From positions 1,984,001 through 2,048,000 of the forward strand of contig NW_026515669.1 of assembly GCF_025526975.1 (NCBI RefSeq): DNA of 64,000 bases. Direction: 5' to 3'. Shown one piece after another: positions 28,082 through 41,105 of this stretch. A program made the translations under genes and the position numbers. This DNA is from Fimicolochytrium jonesii (lineage: Eukaryota). The notes below the pieces were generated by a model. The model made no database searches and had not been told where the DNA came from. It saw only the letters and a list, made by a program, of their open reading frames with translations. Each line of letters begins with the position of its first letter. Positions within the stretch are counted from its first letter, which is position 1.

Positions 28082-30709
28082 TCAAGTTACAAAAGCCCTC
28101 GCTCCCGCCGTACGCCCCCCACACACCGACTCCCGGAACGACCGTATCGGCGCACCCCGCCCAACCATCCCCGCCCCGCTCTCCCCACCGGCAACCCCAC
28201 CTCCCCCACCACCACTCGTCAGCGCCAACACCCTCATGTCCTCCACCTCAAACGGCTCCCCATTCCGCACGAGGCGCCGACCCCCACCCGCCCTCCGCAC
28301 AACATGCACGCCCGTTGGCCCAGGCATCAGCGGCGTCGTCGGGGTCGTCGGAGACGTGATCGCCAACATCGACGCGGAGACCGGGGCGCGGCCACCCAAC
28401 GCCGCTGCGAATTTATCGAGGGTCGCTGACCTATATTGCTGGTGTGTGGGATTCATCATGTTGCTGGATGGGAGGGTGGTGAGAGTCGGGTGGGAGTGGT
28501 GGTGGCGGTGGCGCGGGGAGGGTGGGGCGGCGAACCATTTGGGGAGTGTTGGCGGGGAGCGCGGGGCGGGCGGGTGGAGGATGGAGTAGGGGTGGCCCGG
28601 GGGTGGGGTTTGTTGTTGGGGCTGTGGTGGGGGCGCGATTGCTGAAGATGTCGAGGAGGCGGAGCATTTGGGTTTTGTCGGAGCTTCGACAGTGGGCTCC
28701 CCGCCACCGTTGACGTTGGGCGCAGACTGACTCCGCCCTACGCCCCCCGCACCTGGGGCCGCTGTATGTGGCCGCATCGCTAGGTGGTCCCGTCTCTGTG
28801 GTATCGAACCCGCCCCGCTCTGCACGGTCGCGGGAGGATGGATTAACGGGAAGAGTGCTTCTGATTTGGATGCGACGGGAACGGGCACGCTCATCAATGC
28901 TGACCCGGCAGTTTTTGGGCGTGGCCATGTTGGCTGGGCGGGGACCGTCAGCGAGGTGGACGTCGTCGACTCTCTGGGTGATGAGTGGGCGGACGTTATC
29001 CGTGCCGCTGTTGTCGTCGTTGTCGCTGCCGGGCTTGTTGTCATGGTAAGACTGGCCGTGTTACCCGCACCACTTACACCCTTGGCAGAGTATCGCGTCC
29101 CCATAACAACCGCCCCCTCAATCGCCAACGCCGCCGCCGACGGAATCGATGCTGATGGATGGCTTCCCACCGTCGCAGGTATCAGTCCCGCCACCGTCTC
29201 CGCAGCCGGCGGCAACAATTGGCTCACACTTCCACCCCGCCTCCCGGCCGGCCTCGCCGAACTCTGCAACCGCCTCCTCATCCTCGCCATCACATCCGGC
29301 ACAAGCGCGTCCACCACCGGTTGCGGTACAGGTAACCGTGGGGGGCGGGCGAACTTTTTCCCTGTTGTTGTTGGCGGCCGCGTTGCGGTTAGGGAGGCTG
29401 GTGGGAGGCGCGGGGTGAGGAGGGAGGGGGAGGAGATGGGGATTGGGATGGGTTCGAGAAGTGAAGTGGGAGGCGGCCGGCCGAGGGTTGTTTTGGGACG
29501 GCGAGGCGGGGGCGGTGTTGGGATGGGGGACGGGTCGGCGGACGGTGGTGGGGGTGTTCCTGTCTTCTGTGTCGTTATGGCTGCAATCGTATTCAGCGCC
29601 GTCGTCGTCCCCGTGTCCAACACAGGTCTCTCAACCCCACCACGCTCCTCCTCATCTTCCTCACCACCCCCTCCACTCCGTCTCCTACTCCTGCGTTGCG
29701 CCCTCGACAAGCCCCCATCTTCCTTCTTCACCACTTTTCCCGGAACCTTCCTCTTTCCCCGTTTCCCAACCTCCCTCCTCAATCTCCTCACAACATCCGG
29801 CCCCGGCGCCGGCGAGGCGTCCGCGTCTCTGTTATGCCCGTCATTCGGGGTGTCGAAACGGAGATACTGGTATGCAGCCCCCGAGAACGCGTGGGTGGTG
29901 GCTGCGTCTTCGTCAGAGGAGTGCCAGCCGCTGATGTCGTCGAAGAATGTGTCTGTGAGGAGGGGTGTAGGTGTTGCGAGGGTGGCTGGGGGTGGACGGA
30001 CGAGTTCCGATGCGTGGGCGGGCCCGTCGTCGGAGTTGGAGTTGTTGTCGGACTCGTCGGCGGACGAGGGTGGGTATGGGCTATGAGGCGATGGCGATGA
30101 GGTGTGTTTTGCGGTGTTCTTTCTCCGCCGCTCTCTATCGGCTGGTAGGCGCCGATTGTCTGATCGGGAAGAGGGGATATCGAACAAACTTTGTGACGTT
30201 GCCGATTTATGTGCTTCGACGTATAATGAAGGAGATGAGACCGTGACGAAAGGCGGCGGAGCGGTCGGCGGTCGTTTACATAGATCGTATTTGCTTCCAC
30301 TCAGTCCCATCGGCGTTGGTTGGGATGTTGACGTTGCGGTGGCGATGCGTCTTTCTCGTAGGTTGACATCGGATGAAAAGGGTATCGGCGCGGCTGTTCG
30401 TGGACGGTCATCCTTTTCCGCGACACCATAGCCACTACTACCGTCCACATATCCCCTTCCAACTTGCCGAAACCCGTACGTTTCGATAGGCCCCACAAAG
30501 CCGGCGGCATCGATCGCCAGCGCAGCCTCATTTCCGAGCGCATCACCATCGAAGGTTGACCTTGGCGGCCTAACATACGCGGAACGAGCGCGACGATGCA
30601 GTGGAGGTATTGAGCCTGCGTAGAGGGATGTGAGTTCGTTTGGGAGGATGGGTGAGATGCCGGGGAAGGAGGTGTGGTGGAGGGTCGGTGTTGGAGTTTC
30701 TCGAGTCAT
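28082..30709 (-). CDS. Uncharacterised 875-aa low-complexity (P/S/T/A-rich) protein with repeated RPxT[A/T] motifs
   Basis: Single uninterrupted 2.6-kb ORF with an ATG start and no recognisable folded domain. Confidence 0.7.
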   Translation of the reverse strand: MTRETPTPTLHHTSFPGISPILPNELTSLYAGSIPPLHRRARSAYVRPPRSTFDGDALGNEAALAIDAAGFVGPIETYGFRQVGRGYVDGSSGYGVAEKDDRPRTAAPIPFSSDVNLRERRIATATSTSQPTPMGLSGSKYDLCKRPPTAPPPFVTVSSPSLYVEAHKSATSQSLFDIPSSRSDNRRLPADRERRRKNTAKHTSSPSPHSPYPPSSADESDNNSNSDDGPAHASELVRPPPATLATPTPLLTDTFFDDISGWHSSDEDAATTHAFSGAAYQYLRFDTPNDGHNRDADASPAPGPDVVRRLRREVGKRGKRKVPGKVVKKEDGGLSRAQRRSRRRSGGGGEEDEEERGGVERPVLDTGTTTALNTIAAITTQKTGTPPPPSADPSPIPTPPPPRRPKTTLGRPPPTSLLEPIPIPISSPSLLTPRLPPASLTATRPPTTTGKKFARPPRLPVPQPVVDALVPDVMARMRRRLQSSARPAGRRGGSVSQLLPPAAETVAGLIPATVGSHPSASIPSAAALAIEGAVVMGTRYSAKGVSGAGNTASLTMTTSPAATTTTTAARITSAHSSPRESTTSTSLTVPAQPTWPRPKTAGSALMSVPVPVASKSEALFPLIHPPATVQSGAGSIPQRRDHLAMRPHTAAPGAGGVGRSQSAPNVNGGGEPTVEAPTKPKCSASSTSSAIAPPPQPQQQTPPPGHPYSILHPPAPRSPPTLPKWFAAPPSPRHRHHHSHPTLTTLPSSNMMNPTHQQYRSATLDKFAAALGGRAPVSASMLAITSPTTPTTPLMPGPTGVHVVRRAGGGRRLVRNGEPFEVEDMRVLALTSGGGGGGVAGGESGAGMVGRGAPIRSFRESVCGGRTAGARAFVT

Positions 30710-31572
30710 TTGTTCGAGGGAGTAAGTACGTATGCTGAGTTGTTTCTGTTTGACCGAGTTTCTATGGCCGCATTCTCGAGGGACTGGATGGAAATGGAAA
30801 ATGTCCGAGGGCGCGCGAGAAACCGCAGACAGAGAAGTTGACGGGAAGCCCGGCGGAAAGAGGGGAACGCGGTGAACACGTCACGCGCCTCTCAGGCCGA
30901 CCCGTGCTGCGCCACCCATTCTTGGAGCCTGTCGAAACAGGGCATTTCTCGCACTTCGCATCCACCATGTCCCCTAACCCATCGCCACATATGCACACCG
31001 GGAAACTGCAGATCCGCGGCCTCCATGTCCTTCATCTGAGCATATAGTCGCTTCCTGCATGAAATCATGAGTAATGATACAATAGACGCATTATTTTATC
31101 CGGGCTCTTACCTGTGTGAGGTCGTGAAAGCGGACGGACTGCAATCAAGGTCGAGGGGAGGAATCCAGCGGACGAGGCCGGGGGTGGCACTGGTGGGTAT
31201 TATTGTCCGGCTGATGTCGACCGATTCATGTGTTGCATATTTCATGTACAGGAGGCTGCCCAATCCTCCGATCCAGGGCCGCTTGCGGGATCCCGCAGAG
31301 CTCAACGCATCACCGATCTTTGTCGCTTTTCCATTTTGGCCGCATTTTGGCGTCATTTTGGCTGCCAGCGACAAGGGAGAAAGAACCCAGATGGGTCACA
31401 TATATGTATTGGAGTTTAGTCTCTGGAGGAACCGTATGATACGCCTCCAAAAATTCGCTTCCATTGCACTATACGCCTATATGGGGCAAAGCTACGTACG
31501 CTGCGTAACCAATCCCAAACACCGCACCCACGCTGGGTATCACCAAAAACCCTACCCTCGGCACTACAGACC

Positions 31573-33571
31573 CTATCCCCGACACAGAAACCCGACCTCA
31601 AACCCCCCCATCTTCTTCCCACCGCCATACCCCGAACTCAACTTCAAAGACGCCAGGACTTCCTCGCAGAGCGTTGCGTGAAGGGTGATAGGTTCGACTT
31701 GCGGGTCGGACGCCCATTGGGTCATTGTGCTGATGGAGAAAAGGATAGGTGAGGATTAATGGCGTAGGTTTTCCGACGGTGTAGGCTGGATAGGTCTGTT
31801 CAGCTCCTTACCTGGTGATTGCCGCGGTTTCGGCCCGACAGTCCATGTACATCACTTTCAGCGCTTCAATCGCACCGAAAAGGGCTCCGAAAAATCAGTG
31901 AACGCCCCTTCGAAAGCCTGTGCAATGATGATATGCAGTATTACCAGGAACAAAGCCCCGCGGCTCCCTCGCCAACCGCTCCACGATGACTGCCGATGCG
32001 GCTTCGATTGTTTCCTGGGACGCAGCGGCGAGTACGGATGTGATGTCGTCCGTGGAAGGATGGATGGTGGTGGTGATCAGGACGTCCGGATTGAGGACCC
32101 ATAGCTGACGAAGAAAGGGGGGGGAAGATGTGATGTGAGTCTGAGACGAGGGAGATATGCGAATCGCGTGACAGAAATGAGGCACCCCCCGGAGGTTTGA
32201 CAACATTACCAGTATCCTCGGCCGCTCCCCGCCCTTCTCATAAACCGCAAACCGAAACGCCGCATGTGCACCCGTCGATTCCAAAACTTCTTCCACGAAA
32301 TACGTCGCAAAATGGGCATGGATCCTCTGCTCCCCTTCACTCCCCCTCTTCCCCACCACGTCCTTCAAAGCCGGTGAAGGAACGACAAGATCCGTCCAAT
32401 ACTTGTACAACTTGACGCCGTGGATGTAGGGCCGGATGTCGGTCCCGGCGTCGGGGATTTGGTCGAGTTGCACTTCGCCGATGTCGTGGCTGCAGTGGGT
32501 GCAGTAGGCTGGGGCGGTGCGGCCGACGCGGAGGATGCCCTGCATACCGGAGAAAGGATCAGTAAGTCACTTTCTAGCCCTTCGATGCCCCTTTTCTTTG
32601 CTATAGGTCATATATGCTCTTTTCGGTTAAGGATGCATGTTCCATTGATTCCGGCGCAAATCCAATGGCCCGCCGCCAACCTTCCACCGAATGACCCGGG
32701 AGTAAATAAGGAGGCAACGAGAAAGATGTCCATTGTGGTAGTAGATTCGTGTCCACAAGCTCTGGACATGAAGGTATTTTCACAGCGTTCAATAATATGA
32801 TTGATTTTGGAAGTTTGTATCGATATGACAGCCTTCATAGAGACGCCCTTCTTCTATAACTTCCGTCGCAACTCTACCCTCTCGCACGCCGCCAACTGAT
32901 GCCATAATAGAATGTTCTCGCTCACTCACCTTTTCCCGTTCACCGATTTCCACCCTCACAGCCGTCGTCAGATCCACATCATCCGGGTGCAGCACAACGT
33001 AGCTTTTGGCGACCAGGAGCGTGCCCTTGACCGCCAACACGACCCCGCCTTTCTGCCCTGGCATTTGTGAATAATCCTCCTTGTGGCATGCCCAGCAGTC
33101 CGTCAGTTCGTGCCAGTACTCGGAGGGCATCTCCACCGCCCTGCTGAATCGGGGACCCGATGCGCTGCTATCGTTTGATTCCCCTGATCCCGGCAGTAAG
33201 AGAGGATTGTGACATTGATGGCATTCAACCTGTGACAGCCCACGTAAAGGTTCCACGTCCATCAAACGCTCCTTGGGCGTCTCCGGTATCCGTGCCGCGT
33301 ACCGAAGTGTCAGCTGAGCGTCCACTCCGGAATCATGACGGATCTTCTTCAGCGATGCTGGATCGACCTCTAAGGGCAATGGGATCTCTATTGGTGTGTG
33401 TCGTGCTGATTGGAAAGTCGCGGCGAGGTGTTTTGGACCAGCGGTGACGTCGGAAACTCCGCGTAAGGAGACGGCGAGTGACCGGAGTTTGAGGAGGACT
33501 TCGAGGAAGTATGGGATGGGGCTGCCTGGGTTTGGTTCGTGCCCCGAGGTGGTTCCATCCTCTTCTGTCAT
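31573..33571 (-). CDS. HECT_2 / UBE3D / Ipa1-like protein
   Basis: CHQC...EMPSEYWHELTDCWACH, a second CTHC and GVKLYK are present. The last exon ends MGGFEVGFLCRG*. Confidence 0.82.
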
Positions 33572-34497
33572 CGTCCTCCCCTGAACAGGCTTTTTTGAGG
33601 AATGCCGAAAAGTCCAGAGATCACCAATCAATCGTTAACGGGGACCAGAACGGGGACTGTAATAAACGCCCCGCAGTTCCTGTTTATTATGTTTATTAAT
33701 GATTAGAACCGCGATCCTGAGGATCCTCTTACAGTAGGACAGCGGGCAGGAGGAGAGCAAAGGTGCTAACTTTCTGCGTTCTATGCGAGGTTGCAAGCGA
33801 AATTGTGTTTTCAGTGTCAGCCCAATGGCAGCGGAAGCTCGACGAAAACTTGATGGAAAAATTAGCGTACAGCGCCGTTCATAAAGCAAGGCCGCTGTCA
33901 ATTTGATTCACCGGCCCCCTGGACGCGCCTCTCCATATAGATAGATCTATGCCTAGTATCTAGTGAATCCTCCTCTAGCTGCTATGACTGCCCTGTGCGA
34001 GAGCCACAATGGTGCTTCTCTGAGCAAAGCTGAGGGGTCTGGGCATGGTGCCCAGCCAGATGGCGAGAATGTGTTGTGCATGCATTTCCAATCTCGACGC
34101 TCGGGTTGTCCGGAGCGTCCGGCCGGCGACGACGCGGTCGAGCACTTCTCTGACGCCACTGTCAAGTGCGGCCTTGCTTTATGAACGGCACTGTAGATAG
34201 TTAAATATTGAAAGATAGATAAGATACTAGAAGAACACCGCCCGCTACGGAAGATCTACTCTAAAGATAACATGTTGGGGACCTTTAGTATATAGGGTTC
34301 TGGTGATTGCATATATGGAAGGTGGGATGCTATATACAGGTGGAGCGGGCTTGGGAATCAGGCGGAGGATTGTCGAGTCGTCGGAGTAGACGTGTTGTTG
34401 CAGGCGCGGGGGCAAAGTGTGAGGTATTGGGATGCGCATGTGGAAGGCCCAGTTTCGCAAAGAACGGTTCTTCCGTCGAAGCGACTAAGCTGTAGGC

Positions 34498-36607
34498 TCA
34501 ATGTCTCCAGCTAATTGATGGCATCAGGGAAAGCACGGTCAGCCAACGACGAGATACGGTGCAAGTCTTTTCATCCTCAACCCTCCAACTCCGAACCCAA
34601 TTCCCAAGGCAGTCACAGAAACTCACATCTTCAGAATACGGTCCTTTCCTCCACTCGCCACGCGATCGCCCGCTGGGCTCCAGTCCACCGAGTAGACCTC
34701 ATCTGCATGGCCTGGCAACTCGTGGCGCAGCTTTTTGTTCTTGACATCCCAAGTTTTGAGTGTGCTGTCTCGCGAACCGGAAAGCACTTGGCGCGAATCG
34801 GAGGACCAGCACACTTGGAATACCGCGCCGACGTGACCGCGGAGGGTGGTGAGGAAGCTGGTAGGAGTAGGGAAGAGCGTGTTTATGTCAGTTGAGAGGG
34901 CAAAGTACAACGCAAAAGGCGGTAAAAGACCGTGAATGGCCTCGGGAAATGGTCAGGTATACTCACGTTCCAGTGACACCGTCCCAAAGCTTGACACTCT
35001 TATCAAACCCGGCACTAGCCAATGTGCTCCCATCGGGGGCAAACGACAGGTGTGTGACCGGTTGCTGATGGCCGGTCATTCGCGTGATGGGCTTCTTGCC
35101 CGTGCTGGGCTCCCACAAGAAGATGGTGAAATCATCCGAGCATGACGCAAGTTTCTCTTTCTTAGAGCCATTCGCCGTGGCCGTGTTGTAGCGGGTGACG
35201 GCAGCGGCGTAGGCTTCGGTCCGAGTGGCGAACTTTGGTGCAGTGTGGTCGTGGGGACCGGTGCGGAGAATGAAATCCGTCGACAGCGTCAAGTGATTCA
35301 CCCAGTGGGCGTGGCCTTCCAGCGTGCGCACGAGTTTACCCTGAGAAGTGTTTGTCGTCAGTCAAGTGCTCGGAACGATTTATGAACGCCCGTGTATTCA
35401 ACCGAAATTCTCACCTCCGTGGAGTCCCAGACTTTGATGGTCTTATCTCTGCTTCCAGAGTATATCAGCCCTTCCCCACCCCACTTGACACTCAGGACAG
35501 GCGCGGTGTGTCCTGAAAGGGTCATGATGACTTTCCGTAGCTTGGCGTCCCATATTCTAACCGTGCCGTCCCTAGATCCTGATGCAAACCGGTTGCAGTT
35601 CTCGTTCCTGAAAGACGCGCACATTAGAATCAGGGATGGCGTTTCTCCCGAAACGGATGGGTGTAGAGGGAAAGACTTACAAGTGCCATGGCTCCCATGA
35701 TATGCTGGTAATGACTTGCGAATGTGCACGGAGAGCGTCGCCGTAGGCTTTTCCAGTTTTCGGATTCCACAATCGGATGGTACTGTCCATACTTCCAGAT
35801 GCCAGCATCTCGGAATCGGGAGACCAAGCAACAATCTGGACCCAGTTTTTGTGTCCTGCGTGGAAGTGCAATACGCACATTCTCAGTACCGTCCTGATAC
35901 ACCCGCAAGGAACATCCAATCACTGACAAAATGGGCCTGCTCAATCCCAAGCAATATCCGCAGACTAACCTTCCAACGTGTGCTGTGGCGTCTCGGTATC
36001 CAAATCCCACACCCTGACAGTGGTATCCCCTGAACCCGTCGCCAGCTGTTTTCCATCAGGACTAAACTGCACCGAAAGGATGGCCTCGGTATGGCCTGAC
36101 AGCGAAGCGCTGCATCGTGTGACTGCTCGTACTCGGAACACCGCCTGTGGGCGGTAAAGAATAGTGATCTGGTCTTCGGTGGATTTGCCGAGCCCATGAA
36201 TCACATCCGTATGCAGGTCCGCCGTGATCTCCGTGTCGTCTACAAGGAAAGTGTACGGTAATGGGTCCTCCTAAAAGCCAAAAAGACACCACATTATCAG
36301 CGACTGTCGGCAAGCCTATTCCATCCCTCGGCTGTATGAAGCGCCAGGGACCCATCAAATATCTCCCTCCCTCTGTCCCGCCCTCTCCCTTTTGACGTAC
36401 GTTCTGCAGCAAGTTGTTCAACAGCAGGGCAAGTTGCTCAGGGGTTACGTCCGCCGGCAAATTGAGCGGAGGTCCACAGGTATCGTCGTCCGCGCTCTTG
36501 AACTGAGCTACCACAGTAGCCCCCGAGGGCGCTGCTGGGGGTGGCGCTGGGTCATTCCTCTTGTACCGATTCGGTTTCACGTATGGGTGGTATTTTGTCT
36601 CGCCCAT
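34498..36607 (-). CDS. RSA4: Notchless/Rsa4 WD40 ribosome-biogenesis factor
   Basis: NLE domain followed by [47 protein letters not shown] and [26 protein letters not shown], ending IWRH*. Confidence 0.96.
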
Positions 36608-37597
36608 TGTTGCGTTATGCCTCGAGAATCCTGGAACTGAAATTAAGGTTGAGCACGAACTGAGGTCAGAACTGAGGTGCACGGAGTGAAAACCTTTTGC
36701 TCTTCAAATGACGAGGACTCAGTTTCCACAAGGTTGCAAGGGGGAGGAAGAAGCACCTTAAGGGCGGCGTCTGCTCGCAAGAACAAAAGTACAAAGAAGG
36801 CAATTCGACGAAAACTCCCACCAGAAAGTGAGGAACATGAACGCAGACCGAGCGCGCGAACGAATTTGAAAACAAAAAGCGCAATGAAACAACTTGACCA
36901 GCGTCACGTGTACTCCATCATCATCATAAAAATCAGTGCCTCGCTCCGAACGGGTCTACAATTGGGTGCTTTTCGCCGTCCCTTCCGCCTGCAGACCGTC
37001 CAAGCGACAAGACTACGTTGATAAGATGGCCAATATCGGCTCCCTCTTGTGAGATTGGTGCATCACGGCCACTAAAGCCCCCCTCAACCAAGCACCTACG
37101 AACGCCGCCCTCTTCACGCCTCGACAGACCGATGACCAGAACTGCGGTACATTTGTGTGCATGATGGCTGATGCCATTGCCTGGGGTGTTGCCGTGTGAG
37201 GTCACGGAATCATGGGCCGATGATCCGCAGACCGCCGTCAATGCCCGCCATAACATCGCGCTGAGCATCGTTTTGGCGACGTTTCTTAATGATGGGGATG
37301 CTCATCAGTATACGAATTTGACAAAGTGCTAGATCTCTGACTGTAGGTGTAGTCCTGTAGACTTCAATAACATCATTGTAGTAGTCATAATGGCGAACAT
37401 ACATATATTGCAATAGTCAGAATAGCCCTCCCAAAGGAAAATCTCAGATAAAACATATTCACAAAGGTAAAGGCGGCAAAAGCGAGATATGATGAACGGC
37501 TGCGATGTGTACATCTATGGTATGCGGCGTGTCTGACAATAAGAAAAAGAGTGCTATCGGGGAGGTTGCTACGAATGTACATAGATGTTTGCTGGAT

Positions 37598-39854
37598 CTA
37601 CGGGTTCAGACGGACGGGGTCACGGGGGAAGAGAGAAGTTTTGCGGATGTTGCCGAGGTTCAGGAACAGCATGAGGACACGCTCAAGACCTAGATGGAAA
37701 GAGATTCGGCACTTAGATCGAGAAGAGCTTCGAAGGCTGAATATGCTCCACCAAAGCGAAACTTACCGATACCACCTCCGGCATGCGGGGGTGCACCGTA
37801 CTTGAACGCGTCGAGGTACGGCTGGATGGTGGCGGGGTCAATTGGGGGCTCGAAAGTTTCCGCGCGTTCTTGCAGGAGCTTCGGGTCGTGGACACGCTGA
37901 GCTCCGGAAAGAATTTCCTCTCCGCGCATGAAGAAATCGTATGAGTTGCTGTAACCCTGCTTGTTTGGGTCAGGCATGGTGTAGAAGGGTCGCACGGCCA
38001 AGGGGAACTTGTCGAGCATGAAAAAGTCGGTGTGGTATTTCTCTTTCACCAGGCGGCCCAGGGTACGTTCTGTCTCGGTGCTGCAGTGGCGAGACGCGTC
38101 AGGCATAATTGGGCACAGACTTCAAAATCGCCTTTCTCAAACTGACCTGAAATCGTCAAAGTCACCGATTTCAACACCATGCTCACGGAGAAGCTTAATG
38201 GCTTCGGGGAACTCCAGTTTCAAGCAGCTGTCACCAAACTCGAAGTCCTCGAAAGGATATTGTTTCTTGATGACCTCGATCTCCTTAGCATACCGCTCCT
38301 TCAAACCTTTGATCATGTGTGTGAAAAGACCGTCGAAAAGGTCGAGCACTTCATGGTAGTGCTCCTCGAAGGCCATCTCGAGATCGAGTCCAACGAACTC
38401 GGTCATATGACGATGAGTGTGGGAGTTCTCAGCGCGGAAAACTGTAACGAGACCCGGTGTTTTAGGGTCTCTCCATATTCCGATGAACTACCCTTTATCG
38501 CACCCACCTGGTCCGATCTCGAAAACCCTCTCGAAGTCGGAGGTGATCATCATCTGTTTGTAGAATTGAGGGGACTGCGCCAGGAACGCCTTCTCTGTTA
38601 AGATCGAAAGTGTCAATCAATATGAATCCACGCACGAACCATGGTACGGGGCCTACCTTTGAAGTATTCAACCTTGAAGACGTTGGCACCACCTTCGCTT
38701 GCTGCACCGAGCAACTTCGGGGTGTGGATCTCGATGAAGTTCTTGCTCTCCAGGAATTCGCGGAACAGCCGGCAAACTCCGTGTTGCATGCGGAAAATGG
38801 CATGGTTTGTTGTCGTCTACAGATTCCGTCTTAGCTTGCACAACGATAGTCCACAAGACATCCCACTGTCTGCTCACCCTCAAGTCGATTGGGCGATGGT
38901 CCAACCGCGTGTCAAGCTTCACGCGCACAAGTGCGGGGTCCTACAAGATTCACTCGGTGAGCCCTCCGGCAAAACGTCGCGAAAACCTAAAATGAGCTCA
39001 TACAGTTTCGTAGTCGGTCTCGGGGCGGGAGGCATCCTCCAAAGTAAAAGGCAACCTGCTGGCCTCGCTGATAACGTGGATCTAACGTGCGCAGGGGGGT
39101 GGAGTGAGCAAGATGGAGTCCTGGCCATCCGATCAGTCATGTGAAGAACCGCACCTTCTCGATCGCGAGCTCAAGGTCCTGGATCGTGCATGATTGCACT
39201 TGTTGCAGAGCTTTGACAACAGTGGCCTCCACTAACACGAGCGACTCGGAAGAGATTCCGGCTGCAAACTTCTGCATGTGTCCACTAATCTTCTCGGCAT
39301 CCACCGTCAACACGCACTGAACTGTAACGGTTCCCTGACGCAATGTAAGGAAGCACTTTTTGCTACCGGTAGGACGGGAGTTCTGAACACGGGCGCTGAG
39401 GAGAACTGTGCTGCCAACTGGACTTCCGTTCAGGTCCACGATCCGGGTTCGATGCCGACCTGTTCGCTCCTGAGATTTGTTTGTTGGAAGCAGTCCATAG
39501 CGATTTTTTGAGTAATCCTGCGTGAATGAAACGTCAGACAGGCTTCCATAACGCTGGCTCGTGCCGTCGTACGTCTGGTCTAGCCAACTTACGGGATTCG
39601 CGGCTTCGCGTGCAGCTTTCTCAGCAGCCTGGTGGAGAGGTTAATCAGCCCCACGATCTCATTTACCACTACAAACAACAAGGGACGACCCTTACCAACT
39701 TGGCTTCACGCTCCTGCTTCTTCTTCTCCTTCTCACGCTCCTTCTCGAGCTTCTTCAATGCCGACTTGGAAAGTGGCTTGCCATCCTCTCCCAGGACAAT
39801 CCCCTCTACGTTCTTGGTGAGCTCCTCCACTGCTTTTTCTGTGGATTCTGACAT
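37598..39854 (-). CDS. DPS1: Cytoplasmic aspartyl-tRNA synthetase
   Basis: Lys-rich N-terminal helix [68 protein letters not shown] and [11 protein letters not shown] are present, ending [10 protein letters not shown]. Confidence 0.97.
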
Positions 39855-39972
39855 GTTTGGGGTTTTAACGACCAAGGTTGAGGGATCTTGTGACGACGGC
39901 CGCAATTAAGTATTGGTCGATCGCAGTACGGATGAGTTGTGAGTTCCTATGGCAACTTTTTACTCGGGGTTG

Positions 39973-39996
39973 TGAGTCATCCACACAGATGAGTCA
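39973..39996. promoter_or_regulatory. Two AP-1/Gcn4 (CpcA)-type TGA(C/G)TCA sites upstream of DPS1
   Basis: TGAGTCA occurs at 39973-39979 and 39990-39996, about 120-140 bp upstream of the DPS1 ATG. Confidence 0.55.
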
Positions 39997-40283
39997 CGAA
40001 CATGAAAACACAGTGAGGCCAATGGTTACGTAGTCATACTCATGTTCTAACTACGCTGATAGGGTTAGGGTTAGGTGTAGCGTAAATTAGTGCCTCGCTC
40101 CGAACGTATCTAACGGTCCTAGAACGCTAAAGCTTCTCGGCAGAGTGAGTGAAGCGGCGCGTTCGGACAGACGCGTTGGACTCTGCCCCCAACAGCTTGT
40201 TGTTGTCCACCCACGGGACGGCAGTTTCCACCCACACAAGCCCACCCACCTCACTACTCGCACCACCGCCGCCGACAGACAAG

Positions 40284-41105
40284 ATGCCAACCGAAGAGCC
40301 CCCCTCCGACGCCTCCCGCGCCCACTCCGCAACAACCGACCCCTCCGCCCCACCCACACGGGCCCCGACCGGCCACACCAAACTCTCCAGCTTCCGCAAC
40401 AACCTCGCCATGTCGCGCGCAGGAAGCCGGATGAATCTCTCTGAACCTCGCGGTGCAGGAGGCGTCCCGCAGAGCGCGCGCACGGTTGCGGATGCGCCTG
40501 TGAACGCGGTGATGTTTGAGAACACGTTTAAGTTGAAGCCGGATCGGAAGTGCGTAAAAGGGGGGGAAATGTTGGGGGCAAGGGGGAGAACATGTATATG
40601 AGGGGGCATGATTGATCGCTTTTGAGGCAGGTTTCAGAGCGAGACGGTCCGCCGCATCGCGGCGGAGATCCTGCAGCGAAACTTGACGAAACAGAAGTAT
40701 GAAAGCGGGAAGTCGCCCATATTTGCGCAGAGTATCTCAAATGAGATTCTGGGGGCGGTTAAGAGTAGTTTTCAAAAAGTCAAATCAGAGGTGTTTTGGA
40801 AAGTGTGAACGGTCGTCCTGATTATCCTTTTTTTTTTGACAGAACTGGACTATGAGCGCTACAAGATCATGGTAGACGTAACCATCGGTGAGTTTAAAGG
40901 ACAGGGGATCCAGGTTGCGTCGCGCGCGGTGTGGGATACGACAACAGACTCGTATGCTTCGGCGCGTCGTTCAAGAACGTATGTACCTGGGTGTTTTCGG
41001 AACGGTGCCTTTTCAAATGGGAAAATGGCTGATGGGCTGTCATGTTTGATTCTCTAGGCAACGATCTTTGCAGTTGCGATTGTGTTTGGGTGCTATTTTG
41101 AGTAA
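40284..41105 (+). CDS. Tctex-1 family dynein light chain (TCTEX1D2-like), with an apparent frameshift in exon 3
   Basis: FENTFKLKPD, YERYKIMVDVTIGEFKGQGIQVASRAVWDTTTDSYAS and a last exon ATIFAVAIVFGCYFE*. Confidence 0.88.

Noticed and set aside
28866..30086. 406-aa plus-strand ORF, and similar antisense ORFs at 10258, 27756 and 45460
   Set aside because: These are antisense shadows of GC-rich coding sequence on the other strand.
39855..39905. Mitochondrial presequence on DPS1
   Set aside because: The upstream extension begins at TTG, is short, contains Asp and is not Arg-rich.
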